From Chloroflexota bacterium (GTDB lineage Bacteria; Chloroflexota; Dehalococcoidia; Dehalococcoidales; JAUWPF01): a stretch of DNA of 40,144 bases. Shown here in pieces: positions 29,019 to 36,315 of this stretch; position 1 is the stretch's first letter; every line of letters begins with the position of its first letter. Location of the stretch: positions 1 to 40,144 of the forward strand of contig JAUWPF010000001.1 of NCBI GenBank assembly GCA_030611745.1, given 5' to 3'. A program made the position numbers and the translations under genes. The notes below the pieces were generated by a model. That model had not been told where the DNA came from. It searched no databases and saw only the letters and a list, made by a program, of their open reading frames with translations.

Positions 29019-29543
29019 CTAGTCCTTCCCTGCCTGGTGCTCGGTTATCTCCCCCTTGATAATTCCCACGGCATGGGGAATGGCGGGCAGGATTACCTCA
29101 AGGCACTCCCGGACTGCCCTCGGGCTGCCGGGCAGGTTGATGATGAGGCATTTTCCCCTGACTCCAGCCGTGGCCCGGCTCAGGATGGAAAATGGTGTCG
29201 TGTCGAAAGTCCTCATCCTCATTGCCTCGGCCAGGCCGGGCACGACCCTGTCCACTATGGAAAGGGTTGCCTCAGGAGTAACGTCACGCTGACTGAGGCC
29301 GGTGCCACCGGTGGTCAGGATAACGTCCATTCCTCCTTCATCCGCCCACCGGGCCAGTTTGCTAGCGATGATGTCTCTCTCATCGGGGACAATCTCATAC
29401 TCAACCACGTTGCTCTCCAGTCGGGCCAGGCTTTCCCTGATTGCCTGGCTGCTCTTATCCTGGCGCTCTCCCCGCCACCCCTTATCACTGATGGTAAGTA
29501 TACCCAGATTAAGCATAATGCCGCCTTTTGGAACAAGCTTCAT
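29019..29543 (-). CDS. mogA: MogA/MoaB-family molybdenum cofactor biosynthesis protein
   Basis: 174 aa with [10 protein letters not shown] and [19 protein letters not shown]. The true start may be the internal ATG at 29516 (MLNLGIL...). Confidence 0.85.
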   Translation of the reverse strand: MKLVPKGGIMLNLGILTISDKGWRGERQDKSSQAIRESLARLESNVVEYEIVPDERDIIASKLARWADEGGMDVILTTGGTGLSQRDVTPEATLSIVDRVVPGLAEAMRMRTFDTTPFSILSRATAGVRGKCLIINLPGSPRAVRECLEVILPAIPHAVGIIKGEITEHQAGKD

Positions 29544-29778
29544 TTTACCACATATGGGTTGTATCGCAAAATCAAGTGTTCCTTCCCTTCCATTTCTACC
29601 AGCGCCGCAACTGCATCGCTATCAAGGACACAATTCGCTACTTTGTTGGCTCAGGGTATTTATTTCCCAGCATAGCAGGCACTTAATCAGGATACAGTCA
29701 CTATGGAGCCAGTGACAAATGTAAGCTTGTCGTAAATCCGGGTGATTGGAGTGTTTGGTTCAAGGGCTCGAAAATTGC

Positions 29779-29807
29779 TTCATTTATTGTGGCGTCATCT
29801 GTATAAT
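29779..29807 (+). promoter_or_regulatory. possible promoter of the ABC-F gene
   Basis: TATAAT at 29802-29807, 16 nt before the ATG. Weak -35 TTCATT at 29779-29784 with a 17-nt spacer. Confidence 0.35.
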
Positions 29808-29823
29808 TACTTAGGTTGTAGAA

Positions 29824-31809
29824 ATGCTGGGTATTTCAGACATATCAAAGTCTTACGGGGATCAGACTCTATTCAGTGCTGTTACCTTTAATATGGGGGC
29901 AAGGGACCGCATAGCTATCATCGGGCCGAACGGCTCAGGGAAGACGACGCTGTTCGGTATTATCGCTGGGAATGTGCTCCCCGATTCCGGCAGTGTAAAT
30001 ATGCAGAGGGGAACTACAATTGGCTATCTGGAACAGGAAATTAGACCCTCTTCTGAGAGGCAATTGCTTGATGATGTCGCTAACGCGTCAACTAGGATAA
30101 GCAAGCTGGCGCATAAGATACAGGTTCTCCAAGAAGAATTGGCAGGGGGAGTGGATGGGGAAAGTTTGAAAGAACTCCTGCATGAGTTGGGTGAACTTCA
30201 GCATAGCTTCGAGTTTGCCGGTGGCTACAGCGCCGAACATGAGGCCAGGGCTGTCCTTTCCGGGTTAGGATTTGTGGAGTCTGACTTCCACCGCCCTCTA
30301 ACTGACTTCAGCGGTGGGTGGCTGATGCGGGCTGCACTGGCCAAACTTCTTCTTCTTTCCCCTGATGTACTCCTGCTTGATGAGCCGACAAACCATCTCG
30401 ATCTGGAGTCCTGTATTTGGTTTGAGCGTTACCTGGGAAGCTATCGTGGGGCGGTACTGGTCGTTTCGCACGACCGGGCATTCTTGAATCGAGTGGTAAG
30501 CAAAGTGCTTGCCATCGAGCAAGGTAAGTGCATCTTTCACCGTGGCAATTACGATAGTTTCGTTATAGCCAGAAAGAAAGAAATTGAGGTTACGGAAGCT
30601 ACGGCCAAAAGACAGAATCTCAAGATAAAGAAGGAGATGCGCTTCATCGAACGATTCCGTGCTAAGAATACCAAGGCAACTCAGGTTCAGAGCCGAATGA
30701 AACAGCTGACAAAGATGGAAAGAGTGGTAATCCCCAGAGCAACCAGGAAAATGCAATTCTCCTTCCCCGAACCGGTACGGAGCGGAGAGAGGGTTATCAC
30801 CCTCAATCATATCCTCAAGTCTTACGATGCAAATGTCGTTTACCGCGACCTTAATCTGGTCCTTAATCGTGGAGATAGGGTAGCTCTGGTAGGCCCCAAC
30901 GGTGCCGGTAAAACGACCCTGCTCAAGATCCTGGCCGGAGTGCTTCCTTTCGATAAGGGCGAGCGTAAATTAGGACATAATGTCATCACTGCCTATTATG
31001 CCCAGTACCAGCTTGAGCTTCTCGATCCAACAAATAATATACTGACTGAGCTGCAGAGCGTAGCTCAAGATGAACCAGAGCAGAAACTGAGGAGGATTCT
31101 CGGCGCCTTTCTCTTCAGCGGTGATGATGTATATAAAAAGATATCCGTCCTTTCCGGGGGTGAGAAGAGCCGCTTGGTGCTAACCAAGATGTTGATTCAA
31201 TCGGCCAATTTCTTGCTGATGGACGAGCCTACTAACCATCTTGATATTGCCTCGCGGGAGATACTGGCAGATGCCCTTGAAGCCTATCGCGGGAGCCTTT
31301 GTTTTATCACCCACGACCGGACGCTAATTCGCCAGATTGCAAATAAGATCATCGAGATAAGGGATGGCAACCTACAGGTATTAACCGGAAATTATGAAGA
31401 CTATCTCAATTGGAAGGAGTCTTTAGGACAAGGAGTTTCAAAGATTTCCGAAGTGCCGATGTCCTTAGCTATAGGAAAAGGTGCGACAAATAATAGACTG
31501 CGCCAGCGTAAGCTAATCGAGGGGGAACTAAGGAATAAGTATTACCGGGAGAGTGCCCCCACTAGAAAGCGAATAGCTGAAATCGAGGCAGAGCTTTCGG
31601 AGCTTGAGGCACAGTTTAGAGAAGTCGAGAGCTTGTTTTCCGATGAAGATCATTATGGATGTAGTGCGCAGGTTATCGCCACCATAGAGAAGCATCACGG
31701 ACTGAAGGAGATTATAAGTTCGCTTATAGAGGAATGGGAGCGGCTTTCTATAGAACTTGAGAGGATGAAACGAGAGTTTGAGAAAGCGAAGAGTACCACC
31801 GAGACTTAA
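29824..31809 (+). CDS. ABC-F family ATPase (two ABC cassettes, no membrane domain, C-terminal coiled coil)
   Basis: 661 aa. Two Walker A motifs (GPNGSGKTTLF; GPNGAGKTTLL), two ABC signatures (FSGGWLMR; LSGGEKSR), two Walker B motifs (LLLDEPTNHLD; LLMDEPTNHLD). Charged helical tail. Confidence 0.9.
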   Translation: MLGISDISKSYGDQTLFSAVTFNMGARDRIAIIGPNGSGKTTLFGIIAGNVLPDSGSVNMQRGTTIGYLEQEIRPSSERQLLDDVANASTRISKLAHKIQVLQEELAGGVDGESLKELLHELGELQHSFEFAGGYSAEHEARAVLSGLGFVESDFHRPLTDFSGGWLMRAALAKLLLLSPDVLLLDEPTNHLDLESCIWFERYLGSYRGAVLVVSHDRAFLNRVVSKVLAIEQGKCIFHRGNYDSFVIARKKEIEVTEATAKRQNLKIKKEMRFIERFRAKNTKATQVQSRMKQLTKMERVVIPRATRKMQFSFPEPVRSGERVITLNHILKSYDANVVYRDLNLVLNRGDRVALVGPNGAGKTTLLKILAGVLPFDKGERKLGHNVITAYYAQYQLELLDPTNNILTELQSVAQDEPEQKLRRILGAFLFSGDDVYKKISVLSGGEKSRLVLTKMLIQSANFLLMDEPTNHLDIASREILADALEAYRGSLCFITHDRTLIRQIANKIIEIRDGNLQVLTGNYEDYLNWKESLGQGVSKISEVPMSLAIGKGATNNRLRQRKLIEGELRNKYYRESAPTRKRIAEIEAELSELEAQFREVESLFSDEDHYGCSAQVIATIEKHHGLKEIISSLIEEWERLSIELERMKREFEKAKSTTET

Positions 31810-31824
31810 GTTTTTGGAGGTCTG

Positions 31825-31968
31825 ATGTATCTATTCGACACAGACATCTTGAGCAATCTTCTGCGGCGCACACCATCCACGGTGCTGATTGCGAAACTGG
31901 CTTCGGTGCCGCCTGAACAGCAGTTCACCTCCGCCATTACTCTGGGCAGGCTTTATTTTTGGGTGTGA
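31825..31968 (+). pseudogene. truncated PIN-domain (VapC-like) toxin remnant, 47 codons
   Basis: Not in the ORF track (too short). GGAGG 4 nt upstream of the ATG. Translation is MYLFDTDILSNLLRRTPSTVLIAKLASVPPEQQFTSAITLGRLYFWV-stop. This matches only the first third of a typical ~130-aa VapC (MxLLDTNxLSEL...SAITxxEL). No vapB-like gene precedes it. Confidence 0.55.
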
Positions 31969-32078
31969 ACCACTCATGCATTGTTAGTGCCACCTGCCTG
32001 TGTGTCTTATCGCCTTCACTTAACAAGATGAGTTGTTGTTACTTGAGGCTACGGCCTAACTATACCGGGGTTCGATTG

Positions 32079-32675
32079 CTATGCGACTTCCCCTCCCTCC
32101 TCTTGGACAGCAAGTAAGGGGTTAACGACTAACTCTTTCAGCTTCTCGCTAGAAGTTATTTGATAAAGTGGTATAGTGAAGGTCTCAGAACCCTTTAAAT
32201 TTTCCGAGTATTTGGAACCGCCAGTCCTTCGCCATCCCTCAAGGGCCTCATGCGACTTTCCGAAGAACCAGTATTTGCACATGTAATAATCATAATTCTT
32301 GTTGGCCACTTTAGCCGTCATAGGTTTCTTGTATTTAATGCAGCCGGCCGAGATCAGAGGCTCATCAATATCAGTGGGTAGGCTGGTATTTAGGTCCGAT
32401 GCAAAGTGAATGCTTACGAAAAGAATCTGGTCGATGCTCGGGTCATCACCACCTGAGGCTATGGGTACGTAGAAACGCACGGCCCATCGCGCATACCATC
32501 GCTCCGGCGTATTCAACGAGTATGAAAAACCAGAAGGTGCGGTAGTATTTGTTGGCTCCCACCCATGCTCTCCCATCAGGCGGTCGGCATCCATAAGCAG
32601 AAGCTGTCCCTGCTTGTATAATTTTGCTAGAGACTCAAATAAAGCCCTTGTTGGGCTTCCCATAGTTTCAGTCAT
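32079..32675 (-). CDS. hypothetical protein, 198 aa, no family recognised; downstream partner of the predicted nuclease
   Basis: The ATG overlaps the upstream stop in an ATGA junction (32672-32675). GAGGTGA Shine-Dalgarno sits about 6 nt upstream. No TM segment or known motif spotted. The region looks more AT-rich than its flanks. Confidence 0.6.
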   Translation of the reverse strand: MTETMGSPTRALFESLAKLYKQGQLLLMDADRLMGEHGWEPTNTTAPSGFSYSLNTPERWYARWAVRFYVPIASGGDDPSIDQILFVSIHFASDLNTSLPTDIDEPLISAGCIKYKKPMTAKVANKNYDYYMCKYWFFGKSHEALEGWRRTGGSKYSENLKGSETFTIPLYQITSSEKLKELVVNPLLAVQEEGGEVA

Positions 32676-33478
32676 CTCATCACCTCGAATACATAATCGA
32701 TATCTAACGACTCAGGAATAACCGGCCAAGAATACTTGGTTGGAGTAAGGTGGTAGAAGTCAGGTAAAACGAAACACTCAGTAATGGGCTCCACTCCGCC
32801 GAACATTATTAGTCCTTTTCTCAACAATAATGCGAGCATATCTGCCATTACAGCCCTATTCTCCGGGACGCTTTCTTGCTCAAGACTTTGCTCCAGAATG
32901 GGTGGTAAAAATCTCCACGATACCCAAAATATTTCACCATCTTTGTTACGTTTGCGCCGATATTCGGCCAGTGACTTCACCAGCAGGTCTCGTGGAATTC
33001 CCATGTTTTGGGTTACGAAAAGAAGCGCACGTGAAGCGATTTCCAAATGTGTCCCCCAGCCTAAAGTGGCACAGGACACTGCGTCTAGATTATCCAGTTC
33101 ACGAGCTAACTGGTCGTTTGGTTCGGCTCGCTCGTCTTCCTCGCTGGAAAGCCCCGAATAGTACTTGGCTTCAATCACTACCAAGTGCACCTGGTTTTCT
33201 TCTGTTTCAAGACAAAGTACCACATCTGGTTCACAAGGAGTGCGGTTTGCTAATTTCAGCCAAGGCCAGAATGAATAGTGAACCCTGATGACTTCACCCT
33301 GGATTGTCAGGATATTGCCATGAAGCGAGTGGGCTGTCTGCAAGAATGGAATTAAGGCTTTCTGAGCTGGCAGATATCTCATACAGCCAAAAATGTCAGA
33401 AGTAAGGAGGTCCTCCATGCGCTCGGAAAGGTTGGTGCCTGTTTCCGAGATTTTCCCTCGTATCTCCGCTATGCTCAT
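32672..33478 (-). CDS. predicted PD-(D/E)xK-fold nuclease, 268 aa
   Basis: Motif layout is an N-terminal acidic helix (ERMEDLLTSDIFGCMRY), then CEPD85VVLCLE, then after 17 residues LVVIE103AK105YY, then a downstream DQLAREL helix. That is the classic D...(D/E)xK arrangement. The C-terminal ~100 aa is unassigned. Confidence 0.65.
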   Translation of the reverse strand: MSIAEIRGKISETGTNLSERMEDLLTSDIFGCMRYLPAQKALIPFLQTAHSLHGNILTIQGEVIRVHYSFWPWLKLANRTPCEPDVVLCLETEENQVHLVVIEAKYYSGLSSEEDERAEPNDQLARELDNLDAVSCATLGWGTHLEIASRALLFVTQNMGIPRDLLVKSLAEYRRKRNKDGEIFWVSWRFLPPILEQSLEQESVPENRAVMADMLALLLRKGLIMFGGVEPITECFVLPDFYHLTPTKYSWPVIPESLDIDYVFEVMR

Positions 33479-33486
33479 CGGCTCTA

Positions 33487-33515
33487 ATTATACGACAACG
33501 TTATCTGCTGAGCAA
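33487..33515 (-). promoter_or_regulatory. possible promoter giving a leaderless transcript of the two-gene module
   Basis: Minus strand reads TTGCTC (33515-33510), 17 nt, TATAAT (33492-33487). Only 8 nt separate the -10 from the ATG at 33478, and there is no Shine-Dalgarno. Confidence 0.35.
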
Positions 33516-33660
33516 TTGTCAGGATTGGAGTGAACCCCTGAGGCTGGACACAATGGGTTAGGAAGATTAGGAAGGTCTGGCAGGGTCAGAGTATAATCGA
33601 TAGGAGAAAGGACCTTATACTCTCCAATGAGTGAAAGTCATAAGTCATCTAAAAGTGACC

Positions 33661-34500
33661 CTACTGTACCTCATTCGCCTGCCTTAAATTCCATATCACT
33701 TCGAAGAAATGCCGCGTCCACTCATTGGCTACCTTCCGGTTAGCGCAGAAGGTGATGCGTAAGTCAGGATGAAGGGCATATAGCTCGGCAATTGCTTTGG
33801 CGCAGAAGCCGGGATTATAGTGATGCAGCTTCTTGGGGTTCAGAAAATCGGCATAAGGGGCCTCGATTACCAGGGCATGGTTATCATGGGCAGCCAGCTC
33901 GGCAAGCCTCTGGTGCAGTACCGGCATCGTTCCGAAGTCGGCCAGCAGGTTGTCCAGTGTCTTGCGCTCCACTACCGCCAGCATCTTATCCCCATCTATA
34001 AGTGCATAATCACCGGCAGAAATAGTGCCGCGCTCAGTAACCGCGCCGGGGAAACGCCACGGGTATTTCTCGTTGCTGTGTATTCGAACAACCATTTCGG
34101 TATCGCCCTTGCGTGAGACCAGTTTAAAGGCAGGGCGATGCTGTTCGATGGACCTCTGGGTCAGCCAGAAGATTTGCTCGTAGCTCTCACCCGGTCTGCC
34201 CTTGTACGTCTTCTTCAGGAAGAGAAAATCGCAGCGCTTGTAGCGCTTGCGGTCGAGCACAACGGAGATACGGCGGCCGCGCTCATTGAAGGCGATGATA
34301 TCCACCCGCTCCAGTTCTTCCAACACCTCATCGGGTGGTGGCGGCTCGTCTTCACGCAGGCAGAAAATATGCCTGCCCGCCGCCGGCCATCGGTCCTGCG
34401 TACGGAGTACCAGCCACAGCTTATCCCCTCTCAGAATCTGCAGGCGGTAAGGGAAGCGGTCACTGACACATCGCTCTAGAATCCAGGTTCCTTTTATCAC
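33661..34500 (-). CDS. ERCC4 (XPF/Mus81-type) nuclease-domain protein with an unrecognised N-terminal domain
   Basis: 279 aa. The C-terminal half carries GDYALIDGDKMLAVVERKTLDNLLADF (GDY-x12-ERK-x2-D), then ALVIEAPY. The N-terminal ~135 aa has no motif I recognise. GTG start; TATAAT (34513-34508) lies 7 nt upstream. Confidence 0.7.
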   Translation of the reverse strand: MIKGTWILERCVSDRFPYRLQILRGDKLWLVLRTQDRWPAAGRHIFCLREDEPPPPDEVLEELERVDIIAFNERGRRISVVLDRKRYKRCDFLFLKKTYKGRPGESYEQIFWLTQRSIEQHRPAFKLVSRKGDTEMVVRIHSNEKYPWRFPGAVTERGTISAGDYALIDGDKMLAVVERKTLDNLLADFGTMPVLHQRLAELAAHDNHALVIEAPYADFLNPKKLHHYNPGFCAKAIAELYALHPDLRITFCANRKVANEWTRHFFEVIWNLRQANEVQ

Positions 34501-34648
34501 TGTGATGATTATACCGCAAAAGTCAAATCCGCAACGAACTTATCATCGAATCGTTCAATTGCCCTGTTAGTCCTCTCCCGAGTTTGCGCTGGAAGTCTGT
34601 GAATCTGTCGGTGGAAAAGGCGGTCTTTAAAAAATTTAGCCAAAAGAC

Positions 34649-34679
34649 TTGACAAAGAGGGGCAATTGTGTTTTACAAT
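34649..34679 (+). promoter_or_regulatory. mraZ (dcw cluster) promoter candidate
   Basis: TTGACA at 34649-34654 and TACAAT at 34674-34679 (spacer 19; or TTACAA with spacer 18), about 55 nt upstream of the mraZ ATG. Confidence 0.5.
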
Positions 34680-34683
34680 GGTA

Positions 34684-34703
34684 GAAAGTGGTGGAAAGTG
34701 GTA
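34684..34703 (+). promoter_or_regulatory. tandem GAAAGTGGT(G/A) repeats, candidate MraZ operator
   Basis: GAAAGTGGTG GAAAGTGGTA is a perfect 9-nt repeat with 10-bp period, immediately downstream of the -10. MraZ is known to bind direct repeats of this periodicity in its own promoter region. Confidence 0.5.
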
Positions 34704-34731
34704 AACTAGGGGAACAAGTGTAGGCTGAGAT

Positions 34732-35160
34732 ATGTTTTTTGGTGAATTTGAGTACAAGGTAGATGAAAAGGGGAGGGTGCCTGTCCCGCCCCGCTTCAGG
34801 AGGGAGCTAAAGGAGGGGATAGTACTGGTGGCGGGGGTGGAGAAGTGTATCACGGCTTATCCGCTAGCCGAGTGGAAGAAGCTGGCGGGTACCCTTACTA
34901 CCGGCTCGTTGACACCGAATGATAAGATGAGGCGCTTGAGCCGGGCTGTTTTCGCTGCTGCCTTTAGCCTCAACCTTGATGGGCAGGGCAGGGTAGCGCT
35001 CCCGGTGCCGCTGCGGCAGCATGCCGGGATTGAGGACGAAGTAATTATCGCCGGGGTCAATAGCTATCTTGAACTGTGGGATAAAGCTGAATGGGAGGCG
35101 GAGAAGGCTATTAGCCGGGAGCAGGCGTGGCAGGATATAGAAAGCCTGGAGAGGCGCTGA
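34732..35160 (+). CDS. mraZ: transcriptional regulator MraZ
   Basis: 142 aa with two SpoVT/AbrB-like halves ([23 protein letters not shown]...; [19 protein letters not shown]). Confidence 0.95.
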   Translation: MFFGEFEYKVDEKGRVPVPPRFRRELKEGIVLVAGVEKCITAYPLAEWKKLAGTLTTGSLTPNDKMRRLSRAVFAAAFSLNLDGQGRVALPVPLRQHAGIEDEVIIAGVNSYLELWDKAEWEAEKAISREQAWQDIESLERR

Positions 35161-36215
35161 TGGTTACAGATATGTCAACCTCCAGCCATACCCCGGTTCT
35201 GCTTGAAGAAACGGTCCAGGCACTGGCGGTTCAGCCTGGAGGGCGTTATATTGATTGCACGGTTGGTGGTGGTGGGCATGCGGCTGCCATTCTGGACCGC
35301 AGTTCCCCCGGGGGGCAGCTTCTGGGGATTGATGCTGACCCGGAGGCGATAAAAGTAGCGAGGACAAGGCTTGAAGCCCACAGCGGCTCGAGCCTGTTTG
35401 TTAATGAGAACTTTTTAAATCTACAGGCAAGCTGCATCAGGTACGATTTCTTCCCGGTACATGGTATTCTCTTTGACCTGGGCCTGTCATCACTTCAGCT
35501 TGGTAGCCCGGCTCGCGGCTTCAGCTTTCAGCATGAGGGGCCGCTGGATATGCGTTTGAGCCCGGCTCAGGAGCTTACCGCTGATGAGATCGTCAACACC
35601 TATTCCGAGAACGAGTTGGCCCGGCTGATAGGGACGTATGGTGAGGAAGGCTACAGCCGTCAAATAGCCCGCCGTATCGTGCAGAAACGCCCCTTGCGGA
35701 CTACCCTTGAGCTGGCCCGGGTGGTAGAACAGGCTACCGGGGGCAGAAGGGGTAAAATCCACCCCGCCACCAGGACCTTTCAGGCACTGAGGATAGCCGT
35801 TAATCAAGAGCTTGAGCATCTGGAGGCAGCGCTTGAACAGGCAACCAGTCTTCTTGGTTTTCAGGGCAGGCTGGTTGTCATAAGCTATCATTCCCTGGAA
35901 GACCGCATCGTGAAGCGGTTTATGCTTAAGGAAGCCAGGGACTGTATCTGCCCTCCGGGTACACCGAGCTGTGTCTGTGGGCATACTGCCTCTTTAAGGT
36001 TACTTACCAGAAAGGTTATCAGGCCGTCTCCGGCTGAGGTTGGGTTTAATCCGCGCAGCCGCAGCGCCAGATTGAGAGCGGCGGAGCGCTTACTTTCCCG
36101 TGACGAACTGGATGAGACGATTGAGAAGCTGTGTTTTTCGGTTGCTGGCAGTAGCACCGTGTGGAAGCGTCCCGCTTTGCTCAAGGAAGTGAGAAGGGCC
36201 TTTTCCGCGGTCTAG
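35160..36215 (+). CDS. rsmH: 16S rRNA (cytosine1402-N4)-methyltransferase
   Basis: [34 protein letters not shown] and [11 protein letters not shown] motifs. I prefer the ATG at 35160 (overlapping the mraZ TGA) to the track start at 35127. About 45 aa longer at the C-terminus than typical RsmH. Confidence 0.93.
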   Translation: MVTDMSTSSHTPVLLEETVQALAVQPGGRYIDCTVGGGGHAAAILDRSSPGGQLLGIDADPEAIKVARTRLEAHSGSSLFVNENFLNLQASCIRYDFFPVHGILFDLGLSSLQLGSPARGFSFQHEGPLDMRLSPAQELTADEIVNTYSENELARLIGTYGEEGYSRQIARRIVQKRPLRTTLELARVVEQATGGRRGKIHPATRTFQALRIAVNQELEHLEAALEQATSLLGFQGRLVVISYHSLEDRIVKRFMLKEARDCICPPGTPSCVCGHTASLRLLTRKVIRPSPAEVGFNPRSRSARLRAAERLLSRDELDETIEKLCFSVAGSSTVWKRPALLKEVRRAFSAV

Positions 36216-36315
36216 ATTTAGATAAAGCTGATAGAGTGGTGGAAGGGGGGCAGGAAAATGTGATGGTGAACATAGATTAAAGTGAGTCAAAAATCTGTTA
36301 GCAAGGAGGGGGTAG

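Noticed and set aside
29544-29823. Possible Moco riboswitch or other structured RNA in the 280-bp divergent region upstream of mogA.
   Set aside because: I could not find the conserved Moco-motif elements by eye. Only a short 6-bp hairpin (GTCACT/AGTGAC) is present. It would need an Infernal scan to revisit.
32055-32085. tRNA-like T-arm string (ccggggttcgattgc) that might mark a tRNA-derived att site at the islet border.
   Set aside because: The flanking bases do not form the 5-bp T-stem or an acceptor stem. No matching copy was found at the other islet border, and no tRNA gene is in the window.
34509-34853. 114-aa minus-strand ORF spanning the mraZ promoter and the mraZ 5' end.
   Set aside because: It overlaps the mraZ coding sequence and its promoter/operator in antisense and has no recognisable features.
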